Source: Rhodonellum sp. (GTDB taxonomy: Bacteria; Bacteroidota; Bacteroidia; Cytophagales; Cyclobacteriaceae). Taken from it: DNA of 64,000 bases. The stretch is from positions 12,497 to 76,496 of the forward strand of contig JBGTDA010000021.1 in assembly GCA_041748555.1 (NCBI GenBank). Direction: 5' to 3'. The translations under genes and the position numbers were made by a program. Below, in pieces: positions 36,323-45,674 of this stretch (the first letter of the stretch is position 1; each line of letters begins with the position of its first letter). The notes beneath the pieces were generated by a model. That model saw only the letters and a program-made list of their open reading frames with translations, did not search any database and had not been told where the DNA came from.

Positions 36323-38275
36323 ATGTGTGGAATATTCGGAGTAATCAAAAAACAATCCATATTGATTCCTTTAAAGGAAGCAACACAGATCATCCGTCAT
36401 CGCGGACCCAATGATGCCGGTTATCTGCTTTGGGCACCTGGTGATACTCCCAAAATATTTGCAGATGAGGATACTGCCGAGGAAAGTAAAATTTTCCACA
36501 GGCTTGAAACTTTAGATGATACCAATTATCAGGTAGCTTTTGGCCATAGGCGGTTATCTATTTTGGATCTGAGTCCGGCAGGACACCAACCCATGATTTA
36601 TAAGCAGCTCTCTCTTTGCTTTAATGGAGAAATCTACAATTACCTGGAAGTAAGAGCTGAATTGATTAAAATGGGTCGGGTATTCCAGACTCAAAGTGAT
36701 ACAGAAGTGATATTGCAAGCTTGGGATCAGTGGGAAGAGAAATGTCTACATCGTTTCAACGGAATGTTTGCTTTTCTTATTTTGGATTCAAATTCCAAAA
36801 AATTATTTGTAGTCAGGGATAGGTTTGGGGTAAAACCACTTTATTATACTAGCTGTGAAGGATATATCGCTTTTGCTTCAGAAGTAAAACAGCTAAGGAT
36901 TTTGCCTCAATATGCTTTTAATCTAAACGAACAGATTGCTTTTGATTATCTCAGATACGGATATCTTGATCATGAAACTGATACTTTTGAAAAAGGAATT
37001 TGCCAGGTAGATCCAGGGCAAATGATTACTGTAGACCTTGTTTCAAATTCATTGTCCCACCGTCAATGGTATGTTTTTGAACCAAAACCGTGGGTCGGTT
37101 CCATGCAAAAAGCAGATGAATCATTCCGGGAATTACTGAAAGATGCTGTAAGATTGAGGCTTCGAAGTGATGTCCCGGTAGGAAGTGCCCTCAGCGGGGG
37201 ATTGGATAGCAGTACACTTGTTTGTTTGATGCGTGAGCTGTTGGACGAAAATGGACAGGAGGATAAAGTACTGGAAACCGTTACGAGTTGCAGTAAGGAT
37301 AAAAGGTACGACGAAACCGAATTTGCAGAGATCATCAACAGGCAAACAAAATCTAAAAGCCACAAAATATTTCCTTCTTTCGATAAACTTCGGGAAGATC
37401 TGGACAGTCTGATCTGGCATATGGACTACCCTTTTGGAAGTACCAGCCAATTCAGCCAATGGTGCGTCTTTGAAGGTGCAGGCAAAGCAGGACTAACCGT
37501 TATGATAAACGGTCAGGGCGCAGATGAACAGTTGGCTGGATATGGAGGCAACGATCTCCCATTATATGTGGGGCTTTTTCGTAGCGGAAAGTGGGGACAT
37601 TTATTGCGGGAAGCCAAAAATTATAAAGAAACTCATGGAAATTACCCTGTAGGATTTTTGTTAGGAGCTTTTCAGAATCCACTACCGGAAAAAATGAAAA
37701 ATCTGATTCCTGATAGATGGCGACCTGGAAAAGAAGACCATCCCGATTGGATCAATCCAAAGGATTGTAAAGAGCATAACTGGAGTTCAACTTCCCTTCA
37801 GGGCAATCTGATGAATCAGATACAAACATCTCCCTTACCCTCATTGTTGCGGTATGAAGACAGGAACAGCATGGCTTTTTCTGTTGAAAGCAGGACTCCC
37901 TTTATGGATTACCGGTTGATGGAATTTACAATGGGTTTACCCGAAGAAATGGTCTATAGAAATGGAGAAAGGAAATATATCCTCAGAAAAAGTTTTAGAG
38001 GATTGGTCCCTGATGCCATTTTGGACAGGAGGGATAAGATGGGGTTTGTATCGGCGGAGGAAAGGTGGTTAAAGCAAGATGGAAAGGATTGGTTTTTGGA
38101 ACAGCTGACGAGCAACCAAAATCCACTTGATTTTTTTAATGAAAATAAAGTCATGAAATTCTTTGAGGATACTCAGACCGGTAATATTCCTTTTTCATTT
38201 GATTCCTGGAGAATCGTGAATTTCAAATATTGGTATGGAGAAATGATAAAAGAAGAAATTGAATTAAAAAATTAA
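36323..38275 (+). CDS. Asparagine synthase-family amidotransferase, paralog 2
   Basis: 650 aa. Motifs: MCGIFGV (Cys2), HRGPNDAG, RLSILDLSPAGHQP, NGEIYNY, and PP-loop ALSGGLDSS. It starts 3 nt after the GT2 stop. Confidence 0.9.
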   Translation: MCGIFGVIKKQSILIPLKEATQIIRHRGPNDAGYLLWAPGDTPKIFADEDTAEESKIFHRLETLDDTNYQVAFGHRRLSILDLSPAGHQPMIYKQLSLCFNGEIYNYLEVRAELIKMGRVFQTQSDTEVILQAWDQWEEKCLHRFNGMFAFLILDSNSKKLFVVRDRFGVKPLYYTSCEGYIAFASEVKQLRILPQYAFNLNEQIAFDYLRYGYLDHETDTFEKGICQVDPGQMITVDLVSNSLSHRQWYVFEPKPWVGSMQKADESFRELLKDAVRLRLRSDVPVGSALSGGLDSSTLVCLMRELLDENGQEDKVLETVTSCSKDKRYDETEFAEIINRQTKSKSHKIFPSFDKLREDLDSLIWHMDYPFGSTSQFSQWCVFEGAGKAGLTVMINGQGADEQLAGYGGNDLPLYVGLFRSGKWGHLLREAKNYKETHGNYPVGFLLGAFQNPLPEKMKNLIPDRWRPGKEDHPDWINPKDCKEHNWSSTSLQGNLMNQIQTSPLPSLLRYEDRNSMAFSVESRTPFMDYRLMEFTMGLPEEMVYRNGERKYILRKSFRGLVPDAILDRRDKMGFVSAEERWLKQDGKDWFLEQLTSNQNPLDFFNENKVMKFFEDTQTGNIPFSFDSWRIVNFKYWYGEMIKEEIELKN

Positions 38276-38311
38276 TTTGTTCATCGATTCCACACAGGAA
38301 AATAAAGCTTA

Positions 38312-39442
38312 ATGATAATTTTTAAAATATTTGATCACATATATGCTAGAATCATTATCCCGGTAGTTGATAATAACATATGGAGATTGAAAGAAAATGG
38401 ACACAACATAATAGCTGTTAAATTTGAAACTCACCGAAAAAAAATAAAAGAATATTATCCCGAGATTGATACCGTCCAATTATTGGAAAAAAATCCATCC
38501 CATTATGAGTTTCTTTTACATAACTTTACATCTTATATCTTTGAAATAAAAAATGTTTTTTTAGAACCGGAGTATGGTTGGGTTATTTTGAAACCATTTA
38601 AAATTTTTAAATTCTCCTTTCCATTGGTTAATGACCCATGGGACATTAAAAAAACAAGACCTTCAACAATCAGATTTCTTTCCCCATTCAGAAAGACAGT
38701 TTTTTTGAAAGAAGCCATTAGTATAAGATATGCATGGCAAAATTTTTATCATTTTTTTATTGATACACTGAGTCAGTTATTTTTATTGGAGGAAAACAAT
38801 GTTCCGAGACATATTCCGGTTATAGTTTCTTATGAATTTCCGGAAATAAAATATGTTCAGGAATTTTTAGATATCAGTTCATTCATATCACGAAAAATAA
38901 TTGTTCAAACCACAAGTGAATATTTTCATGTAGAAAAACTTATCATTTGTAAAGACACATTTTATTCCGAAAGCATATTTGAAGTTGTGAGATCGATTGA
39001 TCACATCAGAGAATGTTCAAATAATGAAAAGATATTTATTTTTAGGCCGTTGGATCATGGAAGGGCTATTTTAAATTTTAATGAAATAAAAGAATTGATG
39101 ATCAAATTCGGATATAAATTGGTTGACTCTTCCAAATTGACTTTGAGGGAACAGATCAGCTTATTTTCCGGTGCATCAGAAGTCGTAGGGATTCATGGAG
39201 CGGGATTGACAAATATCATTTTCAGGACCGGTTACCCACTAAAGTTATTGGAAATCTTTCCGGGGAAGGAGCTCACTCCCCAGCATTATAAAAATCTTTC
39301 TTCCAAATTGGGGTTTGAATATTCAAATCTCGTGGGAGAGATGAATACAACAGATACTTACAAAAATTTCAATTTATCAGCAACCTTACTCGAAGAGAAA
39401 ATGCTTTCTTTTTTTGGTTACAAAGATCAATTTGATCAATGA
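38312..39442 (+). CDS. Glycosyltransferase family 61-like (DUF563)
   Basis: 376 aa. It has the GT61/DUF563 motifs NFYHFFIDTLSQLFLL and VVGIHGAGLTNIIF. By eye the gene looks more AT-rich than its neighbours. Confidence 0.7.
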   Translation: MIIFKIFDHIYARIIIPVVDNNIWRLKENGHNIIAVKFETHRKKIKEYYPEIDTVQLLEKNPSHYEFLLHNFTSYIFEIKNVFLEPEYGWVILKPFKIFKFSFPLVNDPWDIKKTRPSTIRFLSPFRKTVFLKEAISIRYAWQNFYHFFIDTLSQLFLLEENNVPRHIPVIVSYEFPEIKYVQEFLDISSFISRKIIVQTTSEYFHVEKLIICKDTFYSESIFEVVRSIDHIRECSNNEKIFIFRPLDHGRAILNFNEIKELMIKFGYKLVDSSKLTLREQISLFSGASEVVGIHGAGLTNIIFRTGYPLKLLEIFPGKELTPQHYKNLSSKLGFEYSNLVGEMNTTDTYKNFNLSATLLEEKMLSFFGYKDQFDQ

Positions 39443-39457
39443 TTTTGATTTAAAACT

Positions 39458-40618
39458 ATGAAAAAAGTTCTTTTTATAGCTTACCATAACTCCCAAAATA
39501 AAAGTATACAATCCACTGCCTTGGTGAGACGGATTGATCAATATGAAAGCTACTTTTTGGAGAGGGGATATAAGATTGATTATATCACCACGAAAAATGA
39601 GTCTTTGGATTTAGTTGTTTGGGATAATAGAACCCTTGAAATACCCTTGGTAAAATATCTTAATAATGAGATTTTAAATAAAATCAACACCTTTTTTGTC
39701 ATGCTGATTTGGGGAGACCGGATAGGATATAGTTTATATAAAAACCGTAAAGAAATTTTATCTTTTATTGAGGATGATTATAATTTGATAATCTCTTTTT
39801 TTACTCCAAGAGGGACTATTTGGTTAGGAGAATATTTGAAGAAAAAGCTTAAAATTACATGGTGGGTTGATTTGCAGGATTCTTTGGTAGATGGACTTAA
39901 AAGCCATAACATACCCGTAGGCATCCCTTGGCTGAAGCGGAAACTTGCTTTAGCTGATGAAATAATTCATGTTTCACCTGAATGGTCCCAAGAAGATTCT
40001 GAAAGGATCAACAAGAAAATTAAAACTTTTAGACATTGTATTCCTAATATAACAGAGTCCGATCATCCATTCCGGCTTGATAGTTCTCAATCACCCAAAA
40101 TAAAATTGTTTTATGCGGGGAATATTCATTTTTATGCAATGGAACCGGAACTTATGTCGGAGTCACTTCATCACTTTGAGAATCAAATTGATTTTTATTA
40201 TGCGGGAGAGAGCAGAACTTCAGATATATTGAGAAAAATGGCCATCCCGACCATTGACCTTGGGTATTTAGATAAAGACCAACTTCAAAAAGCTTATGAA
40301 GAAGCAGATATCATCGTGCTTTTTGCTTGGACAAAAAGTGACAGACTTGTAATTCCCTCAAAATTTTATGAAGCCTGCGCCTTTAATAAGCCAATATTGG
40401 TAGTGGGAAAGGACAGTGGTGCATTTCATGATTTATATAAGGAATGGGGACATCCAAACGTGGTCAATGACACTGAGGGTAAAGTTTTGGAAACTATTGG
40501 ATCCTATATAAACGGTAAGAATGAAGGGCTTTTTTGTATAGAAAACTGTACCTCCCCTGTTTCTGACCAAAAGGGATTTTATAAATTTTTGGATAACCTG
40601 GTGTCCGAAAAATTATGA
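39458..40618 (+). CDS. Putative glycosyltransferase (GT-B fold, unassigned family)
   Basis: 386 aa. It has a Rossmann-like N-terminus (KKVLFIAYHNS) and a C-terminal PSKFYEACAFNKPILVVG segment similar to the one in the 12842 gene. Confidence 0.45.
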   Translation: MKKVLFIAYHNSQNKSIQSTALVRRIDQYESYFLERGYKIDYITTKNESLDLVVWDNRTLEIPLVKYLNNEILNKINTFFVMLIWGDRIGYSLYKNRKEILSFIEDDYNLIISFFTPRGTIWLGEYLKKKLKITWWVDLQDSLVDGLKSHNIPVGIPWLKRKLALADEIIHVSPEWSQEDSERINKKIKTFRHCIPNITESDHPFRLDSSQSPKIKLFYAGNIHFYAMEPELMSESLHHFENQIDFYYAGESRTSDILRKMAIPTIDLGYLDKDQLQKAYEEADIIVLFAWTKSDRLVIPSKFYEACAFNKPILVVGKDSGAFHDLYKEWGHPNVVNDTEGKVLETIGSYINGKNEGLFCIENCTSPVSDQKGFYKFLDNLVSEKL

Positions 40619-41808
40619 TTGCCTTTCTCTGCCACCCATATCATAGAGGAGGGGTTACTTCTTGGATGAAGGATGTGTTTTTGGAAGCAATCAGGCAGGA
40701 AATAAATTCGGTGTTCCTTACTGTCAATCCCCAAAGTACTTTTATATCAGGAGGTAACAGACCGGATATGGTTTCCTTTATAGGAAAGAATAGCTATGTT
40801 TTCTTTGATCAGGTTGGACGGGATTTTGAACTCGGAACATTGGATTACCGTGTTTCAGTTTATCGTAAACTTATCCAAAAACATGTTAATCTTGGTGCTA
40901 TCGTTATTCCTTCCGATGATGAGGCCTGTTGGAAAGCTTGTTGTCAATTGAGCAATTCATATAAAGTTATAGGAGTCCTGCATAGTGACGATGAAGCTTA
41001 TTATGATCTTTTTCGGAAATATGCAAAATATCTTTCAGGTGCAGTTTCTGTTTCCAATAGAATTAAAAACCATGTGGCTGACCAGGATGAAAAAATTCCA
41101 CATGTTGTCATTCCATGTGGCATTCCTCTAAATGAGTTTAAAGTTGGTTTAAAAACCGATAACATTATTTCCTGGATAGGGAGAATTGAAGAAGAACAAA
41201 AAAGGGTGACGGATATTCCGAAAATTGCTAAGGAATTGAAGGTCAATTTTGATGATTGGAAAATGCACGTATATGGGGATGGAGGAAAACTTCAGGAACT
41301 CAGGTCTCAAACCACCCTGGACAATCTTGATAATCATTTATTTTTTCATGGATGGACTTCCTCAGAAATTCTTAAAGAGAAATTGTCTTTTTCTAAGATT
41401 TTACTCCAAACCTCTAATTATGAAGGAATGTCTGTTGCTGTAATGGAAGCATTGGGTTCAGGATGTAAAATAGTCAGTTCAGAGGTAAGTGGGGTGGAGG
41501 ATTTAGTCAATGATCCTATTGCCAAGGATATTGTTTACATCTACCCTGTGGGCAATAATAAGGAGGCGAAAAGACTTTTGGTTAATGCATTGAAAAATGA
41601 AAATCCAAATCAACCCCTTTTAGCCAGGGAATTGGCCGAGAAATATTACAGTATTATATCCTGTCTGAGAGCTTATTGTGAATTTGGAAAGGATCTGGAT
41701 ACCATCAGAATTCCCTATCCAATTTCATTTTCAATGAAATTCAACACAAAAATATCCACATCATTAGCCCTGATGCGGCATTGGAAGTATAAAATAATCA
41801 AGAAATAA
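40615..41808 (+). CDS. Glycosyltransferase family 4
   Basis: 397 aa with an E-x7-E region (TSNYEGMSVAVMEALGSGCKIVSSEVSGVEDLV). It overlaps the previous gene by 4 nt. Confidence 0.75.
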   Translation: MIAFLCHPYHRGGVTSWMKDVFLEAIRQEINSVFLTVNPQSTFISGGNRPDMVSFIGKNSYVFFDQVGRDFELGTLDYRVSVYRKLIQKHVNLGAIVIPSDDEACWKACCQLSNSYKVIGVLHSDDEAYYDLFRKYAKYLSGAVSVSNRIKNHVADQDEKIPHVVIPCGIPLNEFKVGLKTDNIISWIGRIEEEQKRVTDIPKIAKELKVNFDDWKMHVYGDGGKLQELRSQTTLDNLDNHLFFHGWTSSEILKEKLSFSKILLQTSNYEGMSVAVMEALGSGCKIVSSEVSGVEDLVNDPIAKDIVYIYPVGNNKEAKRLLVNALKNENPNQPLLARELAEKYYSIISCLRAYCEFGKDLDTIRIPYPISFSMKFNTKISTSLALMRHWKYKIIKK

Positions 41809-41809
41809 A

Positions 41810-43660
41810 ATGTGTGGAATTGCAGCTATCCTGACTCAGGATCAAGAAACAAAGCAAAACTTCATTACCCGGTCACATCAGTTGCTCCAACACAGGGGAC
41901 CTGATTCCAAAGGAAGTTGGAACGATGATTTTGTGGGACTGGTACACCAAAGATTGTCTATTCAGGATCTAAGCGAGGCCGGGCATCAGCCTATGGTTTC
42001 AGGAAGTGATCGATTCATTATCATTTTCAATGGAGAAATTTATAATCACCTGGAATTAAGGGCAAAATTCTTTCTCAATAAAAATTGGAACGGCCATTCC
42101 GATACTGAAACAATCCTAATGCTGTTTGAAAAAATCGGTGTGGAAATGTTTTCGATTTTGGTGGGCATGTGGGCCATAGCTATTTGGGATAAGCATGAAA
42201 AAAAGATGCTTGTATCCAGGGATAGATATGGCCAAAAACCATTGTATTACAAATTTTTCCCTAATGGGGATTTTGGAATTGCCAGTGAAATCAAACCCTT
42301 GCTTGTTCCGGGACAAACCAATCAGGCTAATAGTTTGATGGTCGCTGAATACTTAGCGCTCGGAAATTACGGACATTTGGGAGATCAGACATTTTTCGCT
42401 GATGTATTTCAACTTCTTCCCGGTAGCTATGCCTGGATTGGAATGGGAGATAAATCCATTGTTTCGAAAAAATATTGGGAAATACCTCTAACACCGATTA
42501 AGGATAAAATCAATGTTGGGGAAAGAGAAATATTAAAATTGAGAGACTGTCTTTATGAGGCAGTCAGTTCCCAGACCATATCCGATGTGCCGATTGGTGC
42601 AAGTTTGAGCGGAGGTTTGGATTCCAGTCTCGTAGTGGGAATATTAGCTTCCAGAACTACCAAAAATAATCCCATTTCTGTTTTTACAGCCCAAACCCCT
42701 GGCTCAAAATGGGATGAAAGTCCTTTTGTAAAAGCTGTTTCTGATAAATGGGGAAACCATATGAATCTTTATGCGAAAGACCTGAATCAGGTAAGAGTAT
42801 CTGAAAGCTTGGAAAGAACGATTTATGTCCAAGAAGAGCCATTTGGAGACCCTTCAATCATCGCTCATAGTTTTTTAATGGATATGGCAAAGGAAGTGGG
42901 AATTAAAGTTGTACTCGGTGGTCAGGGAGCAGATGAAGTTTTTAGAGGATATTCCCACAATATCAAACAATTATTTTCCCATGAACTGAGTCGATTGAAT
43001 TTCAGCTATGCCCTACCTGAATTAAGAAAATCCAATTATAAGCTTCAGGAAAGCCTAAGGATTGGATTAGGAGCCTATTTCCCGCAGATAGAAAGAAAGA
43101 TGCGGATGAAATCAAGAGAAAAAAGAAGATTTTTTCTCTCGGATGCCCTCAGGGAGGCTGCAGGTAAATTTGAAATGTCCAGTAGATTGGCGCTGGCCAA
43201 TAATTGGGAAGAAAGCTTAAAAGAATCGATTTTAGGCGTGCATATCCCCCATTTGGTCCATTACGATGATCGAAACGGTATGGCCAGGTCTATCGAAGGA
43301 AGAATGCCGTTTCTGGATCACAGACTCTTAGATCTTGTTTCCACATTTAGCCCCGAGAGTTATTTTGAAAATGGTTTTTCAAAGGATTTGATCCGGAAGG
43401 CTGGAAAAGAATTTATCCCGGATACTGTTTTCAAACGAAAAGATAAGCTAGGATTTTTCACGCCTATCCACGAAATGTTACATTCAGAAATTGATTGGGT
43501 GAAGGAAAGGATAGGTTCACCTAAATGGGTGGATGGAAAAGTTATTAACAAGGATATTGAATTTTATAGAGGTTCAGGAAATAGTATCGAAATTTCCGAA
43601 AGACTCTGGAGAACTGTTTCACTTGCCTGCTGGTCAAACTTATTCAATGTTAATCTATGA
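41810..43660 (+). CDS. Asparagine synthase-family amidotransferase, paralog 3
   Basis: 616 aa. Motifs: MCGIAAI (Cys2), HRGPDSKG, RLSIQDLSEAGHQP, NGEIYNH, and PP-loop SLSGGLDSS. It starts 1 nt after the GT4 stop. Confidence 0.9.
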   Translation: MCGIAAILTQDQETKQNFITRSHQLLQHRGPDSKGSWNDDFVGLVHQRLSIQDLSEAGHQPMVSGSDRFIIIFNGEIYNHLELRAKFFLNKNWNGHSDTETILMLFEKIGVEMFSILVGMWAIAIWDKHEKKMLVSRDRYGQKPLYYKFFPNGDFGIASEIKPLLVPGQTNQANSLMVAEYLALGNYGHLGDQTFFADVFQLLPGSYAWIGMGDKSIVSKKYWEIPLTPIKDKINVGEREILKLRDCLYEAVSSQTISDVPIGASLSGGLDSSLVVGILASRTTKNNPISVFTAQTPGSKWDESPFVKAVSDKWGNHMNLYAKDLNQVRVSESLERTIYVQEEPFGDPSIIAHSFLMDMAKEVGIKVVLGGQGADEVFRGYSHNIKQLFSHELSRLNFSYALPELRKSNYKLQESLRIGLGAYFPQIERKMRMKSREKRRFFLSDALREAAGKFEMSSRLALANNWEESLKESILGVHIPHLVHYDDRNGMARSIEGRMPFLDHRLLDLVSTFSPESYFENGFSKDLIRKAGKEFIPDTVFKRKDKLGFFTPIHEMLHSEIDWVKERIGSPKWVDGKVINKDIEFYRGSGNSIEISERLWRTVSLACWSNLFNVNL

Positions 43661-44517
43661 TTAAAAAATTTAAATTAGAGTGGATTTCCTCAATTGATCC
43701 GGAAAACAATAATAAGCTAAACCACTTGTCAGCTAAGATGAGTGATTATTATACCAATAACCTTATTTATTACGATGATATATCGGACAGCGAATATTTA
43801 TGGAATGATAAAAATTACCTTCCGCATATGCAGATTATTGCCAGTGCCGGAAATGCTGATAAAATTTTAGAAATAGGCTGTGGGGAAAGCTCAATTTTAA
43901 AACATCATCCGGAAATTAGCCATAAATATTCAGGTATAGATTTTTCTCCCAAAATCATTGAAAAAAACCAAAAAAGGTTTCCTGGCGCCGGTTTTTCATC
44001 CATTGAGGATCCGCTTGCTTATCCTTATCCTGATGCAAGTTTTGATTTGATATTTTCGGTTTTTGTTCTAGAGCACACTGTATTCCCGCAAAAATTTCTG
44101 AATGAGTGCATCCGATTGTTAAAAGATGGGGGAGAAATCATTATTTTGGCTCCTAATTATTTGGATAATGGATTTTTGCCTAGCCAACAAGTTTCCGAAG
44201 GTTTGTTGAGTGGTAGGGAATTGTTAAAAAAAGGTCGTCTACTTGAGGCTATTCGTGCCGCTTGGTATAATAAAATTCTTATACCGAATGAATGCAAAAA
44301 GCTTCGCAGAAATATACCCGGGTTTTATATCAATACCAATCCGATATGTTTTAAAATAAAAGAATTTGAGCCTGACGTGGACGCAGTATATGTTGTTTCG
44401 GAAAAGGAAATTGAGGTTTATATGAAGCAGAAAGGTTTCAATAAGGTGGAGAACAGTTCTGATTTAGCTCAATTTACTCAATCTAGAAAATTATGTTTTC
44501 ATATATTTAAAAAATAA
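43657..44517 (+). CDS. Class I SAM-dependent methyltransferase
   Basis: 286 aa. It has motif I (ILEIGCGES), the acidic post-I residue (GIDFS), and motif II/III context (FDLIFSVFVLEH ... LKDGGEIII). It overlaps AsnB paralog 3 by 4 nt. Confidence 0.75.
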   Translation: MIKKFKLEWISSIDPENNNKLNHLSAKMSDYYTNNLIYYDDISDSEYLWNDKNYLPHMQIIASAGNADKILEIGCGESSILKHHPEISHKYSGIDFSPKIIEKNQKRFPGAGFSSIEDPLAYPYPDASFDLIFSVFVLEHTVFPQKFLNECIRLLKDGGEIIILAPNYLDNGFLPSQQVSEGLLSGRELLKKGRLLEAIRAAWYNKILIPNECKKLRRNIPGFYINTNPICFKIKEFEPDVDAVYVVSEKEIEVYMKQKGFNKVENSSDLAQFTQSRKLCFHIFKK

Positions 44518-44518
44518 A

Positions 44519-45427
44519 ATGAAATTTGGAATTTTGACGCTAGCATTTTATGGAAATGCTACCATGGAGAGGATGCTGGCTAACACCGGTGGATTTGTGG
44601 ATAAAATTTACTTAAGTCACAGTCCGGTTCCCTGGAGCAAGTATAACTCCCATGCAAGAGAAATTTTCAGTTCGGATTTTGACACAAACAAAATCTCGGA
44701 ATTTCCCTACGCCGAAAAAATTCATTTTATAGAAGGTGTATGGGAAAGTGATGAGTCCCAAAGAGAACATGCACTTCAACAGGCGAGAGCTGATGGGATT
44801 GATTATCTGATAATCCAAGATGCCGACGAATTCTATATGCCGGAGGATTTTTTGAAGAATCTGGAAGGAATCAGAAATAATCCTAATTACCCTGCATATA
44901 TCTGTCCGTGGGTCAAGTTTTGGAAAAACACGGGATATGTAATGCAAGCCCGCAAACACAGAGGGATTCCTAAACAGACAGTAACAACCTGTCCGAATTT
45001 TGCAGTCAATGTTAATTATCCCGGTATTCACTTTAACCTGAGCAGGTTGGTCAATGAAATGGATAATGCCTTTATGCTGGATGGATTATGTCTCCATCTC
45101 TGCTGGGTTCTTACTAATGAAGAGGTTTTAAAGAAAATTTCCACGTGGGGCCATAGCCATCAATTTGATTATAAAAAATGGTATAAACATAAATGGTTGG
45201 CTTGGAATAAGGACACCCGATATATTGGGCTTTTCAAACGTTCTGATTATTTGCGGGCTGTCCCATTCTATGGAACCTTGCCAAAAGAATTGGAAGGTTT
45301 TGAATTACCAAATCAGGAAACCATGCCGTTGAATTTTCTTGAAAAACTGGATTGTTGGAGATTGGATTGCAAATCCATGGTTGAGGTAAAGCTTTTGGAT
45401 AATAAAAAAAGATTTTTAAAGAAGTAA
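44519..45427 (+). CDS. Uncharacterised protein, possibly a GT-A-fold glycosyltransferase
   Basis: 302 aa. A DxD-like motif sits in GT-A context (GIDYLIIQDADEFY), preceded by a beta-alpha N-terminus (KFGILTLAFYGN). I cannot assign a family. Confidence 0.4.
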   Translation: MKFGILTLAFYGNATMERMLANTGGFVDKIYLSHSPVPWSKYNSHAREIFSSDFDTNKISEFPYAEKIHFIEGVWESDESQREHALQQARADGIDYLIIQDADEFYMPEDFLKNLEGIRNNPNYPAYICPWVKFWKNTGYVMQARKHRGIPKQTVTTCPNFAVNVNYPGIHFNLSRLVNEMDNAFMLDGLCLHLCWVLTNEEVLKKISTWGHSHQFDYKKWYKHKWLAWNKDTRYIGLFKRSDYLRAVPFYGTLPKELEGFELPNQETMPLNFLEKLDCWRLDCKSMVEVKLLDNKKRFLKK

Positions 45428-45542
45428 GATTTTTCTATATTTTAAATATCCATTTTTCCCTAAATTGATTTTTTTGTATATCCGCACGATTTCACGAACT
45501 TGAATTTAGACCTTTCTACAAGTTAAATTTTTTTCAGCTTCG

Positions 45543-45573
45543 GTCTTCCAATATTTTTCCTAAAAAGGAAGAC
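45543..45573. terminator. Weak hairpin in the convergent gap between blocks B and C
   Basis: GTCTTCC (45543-45549) pairs with GGAAGAC (45567-45573) around a 17-nt loop, preceded by a T-run. The low stability and long loop make this a low-confidence call. Confidence 0.2.
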
Positions 45574-45674
45574 TAAATGCAACCAAGAGGAAATTTTAAG
45601 TTTTAAACAATCCTTCTCATTTCATTCTCCCAAAATTATTCTAACACCTTAAAAAAACAATCTATACCTAAAAT

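Noticed and set aside
32241-43660. The three AsnB homologues, considered as ordinary asparagine biosynthesis genes.
   Set aside because: Three divergent copies translationally coupled to glycosyltransferases inside a glycan operon are not the expected context for housekeeping asnB. I cannot formally exclude that one copy also makes asparagine.
44612-45031. A 139-aa minus-strand ORF inside the GT-A-like gene.
   Set aside because: It is antisense to a co-directional, tightly packed operon. It has no motif content and would be an isolated minus-strand gene with no room for a promoter.
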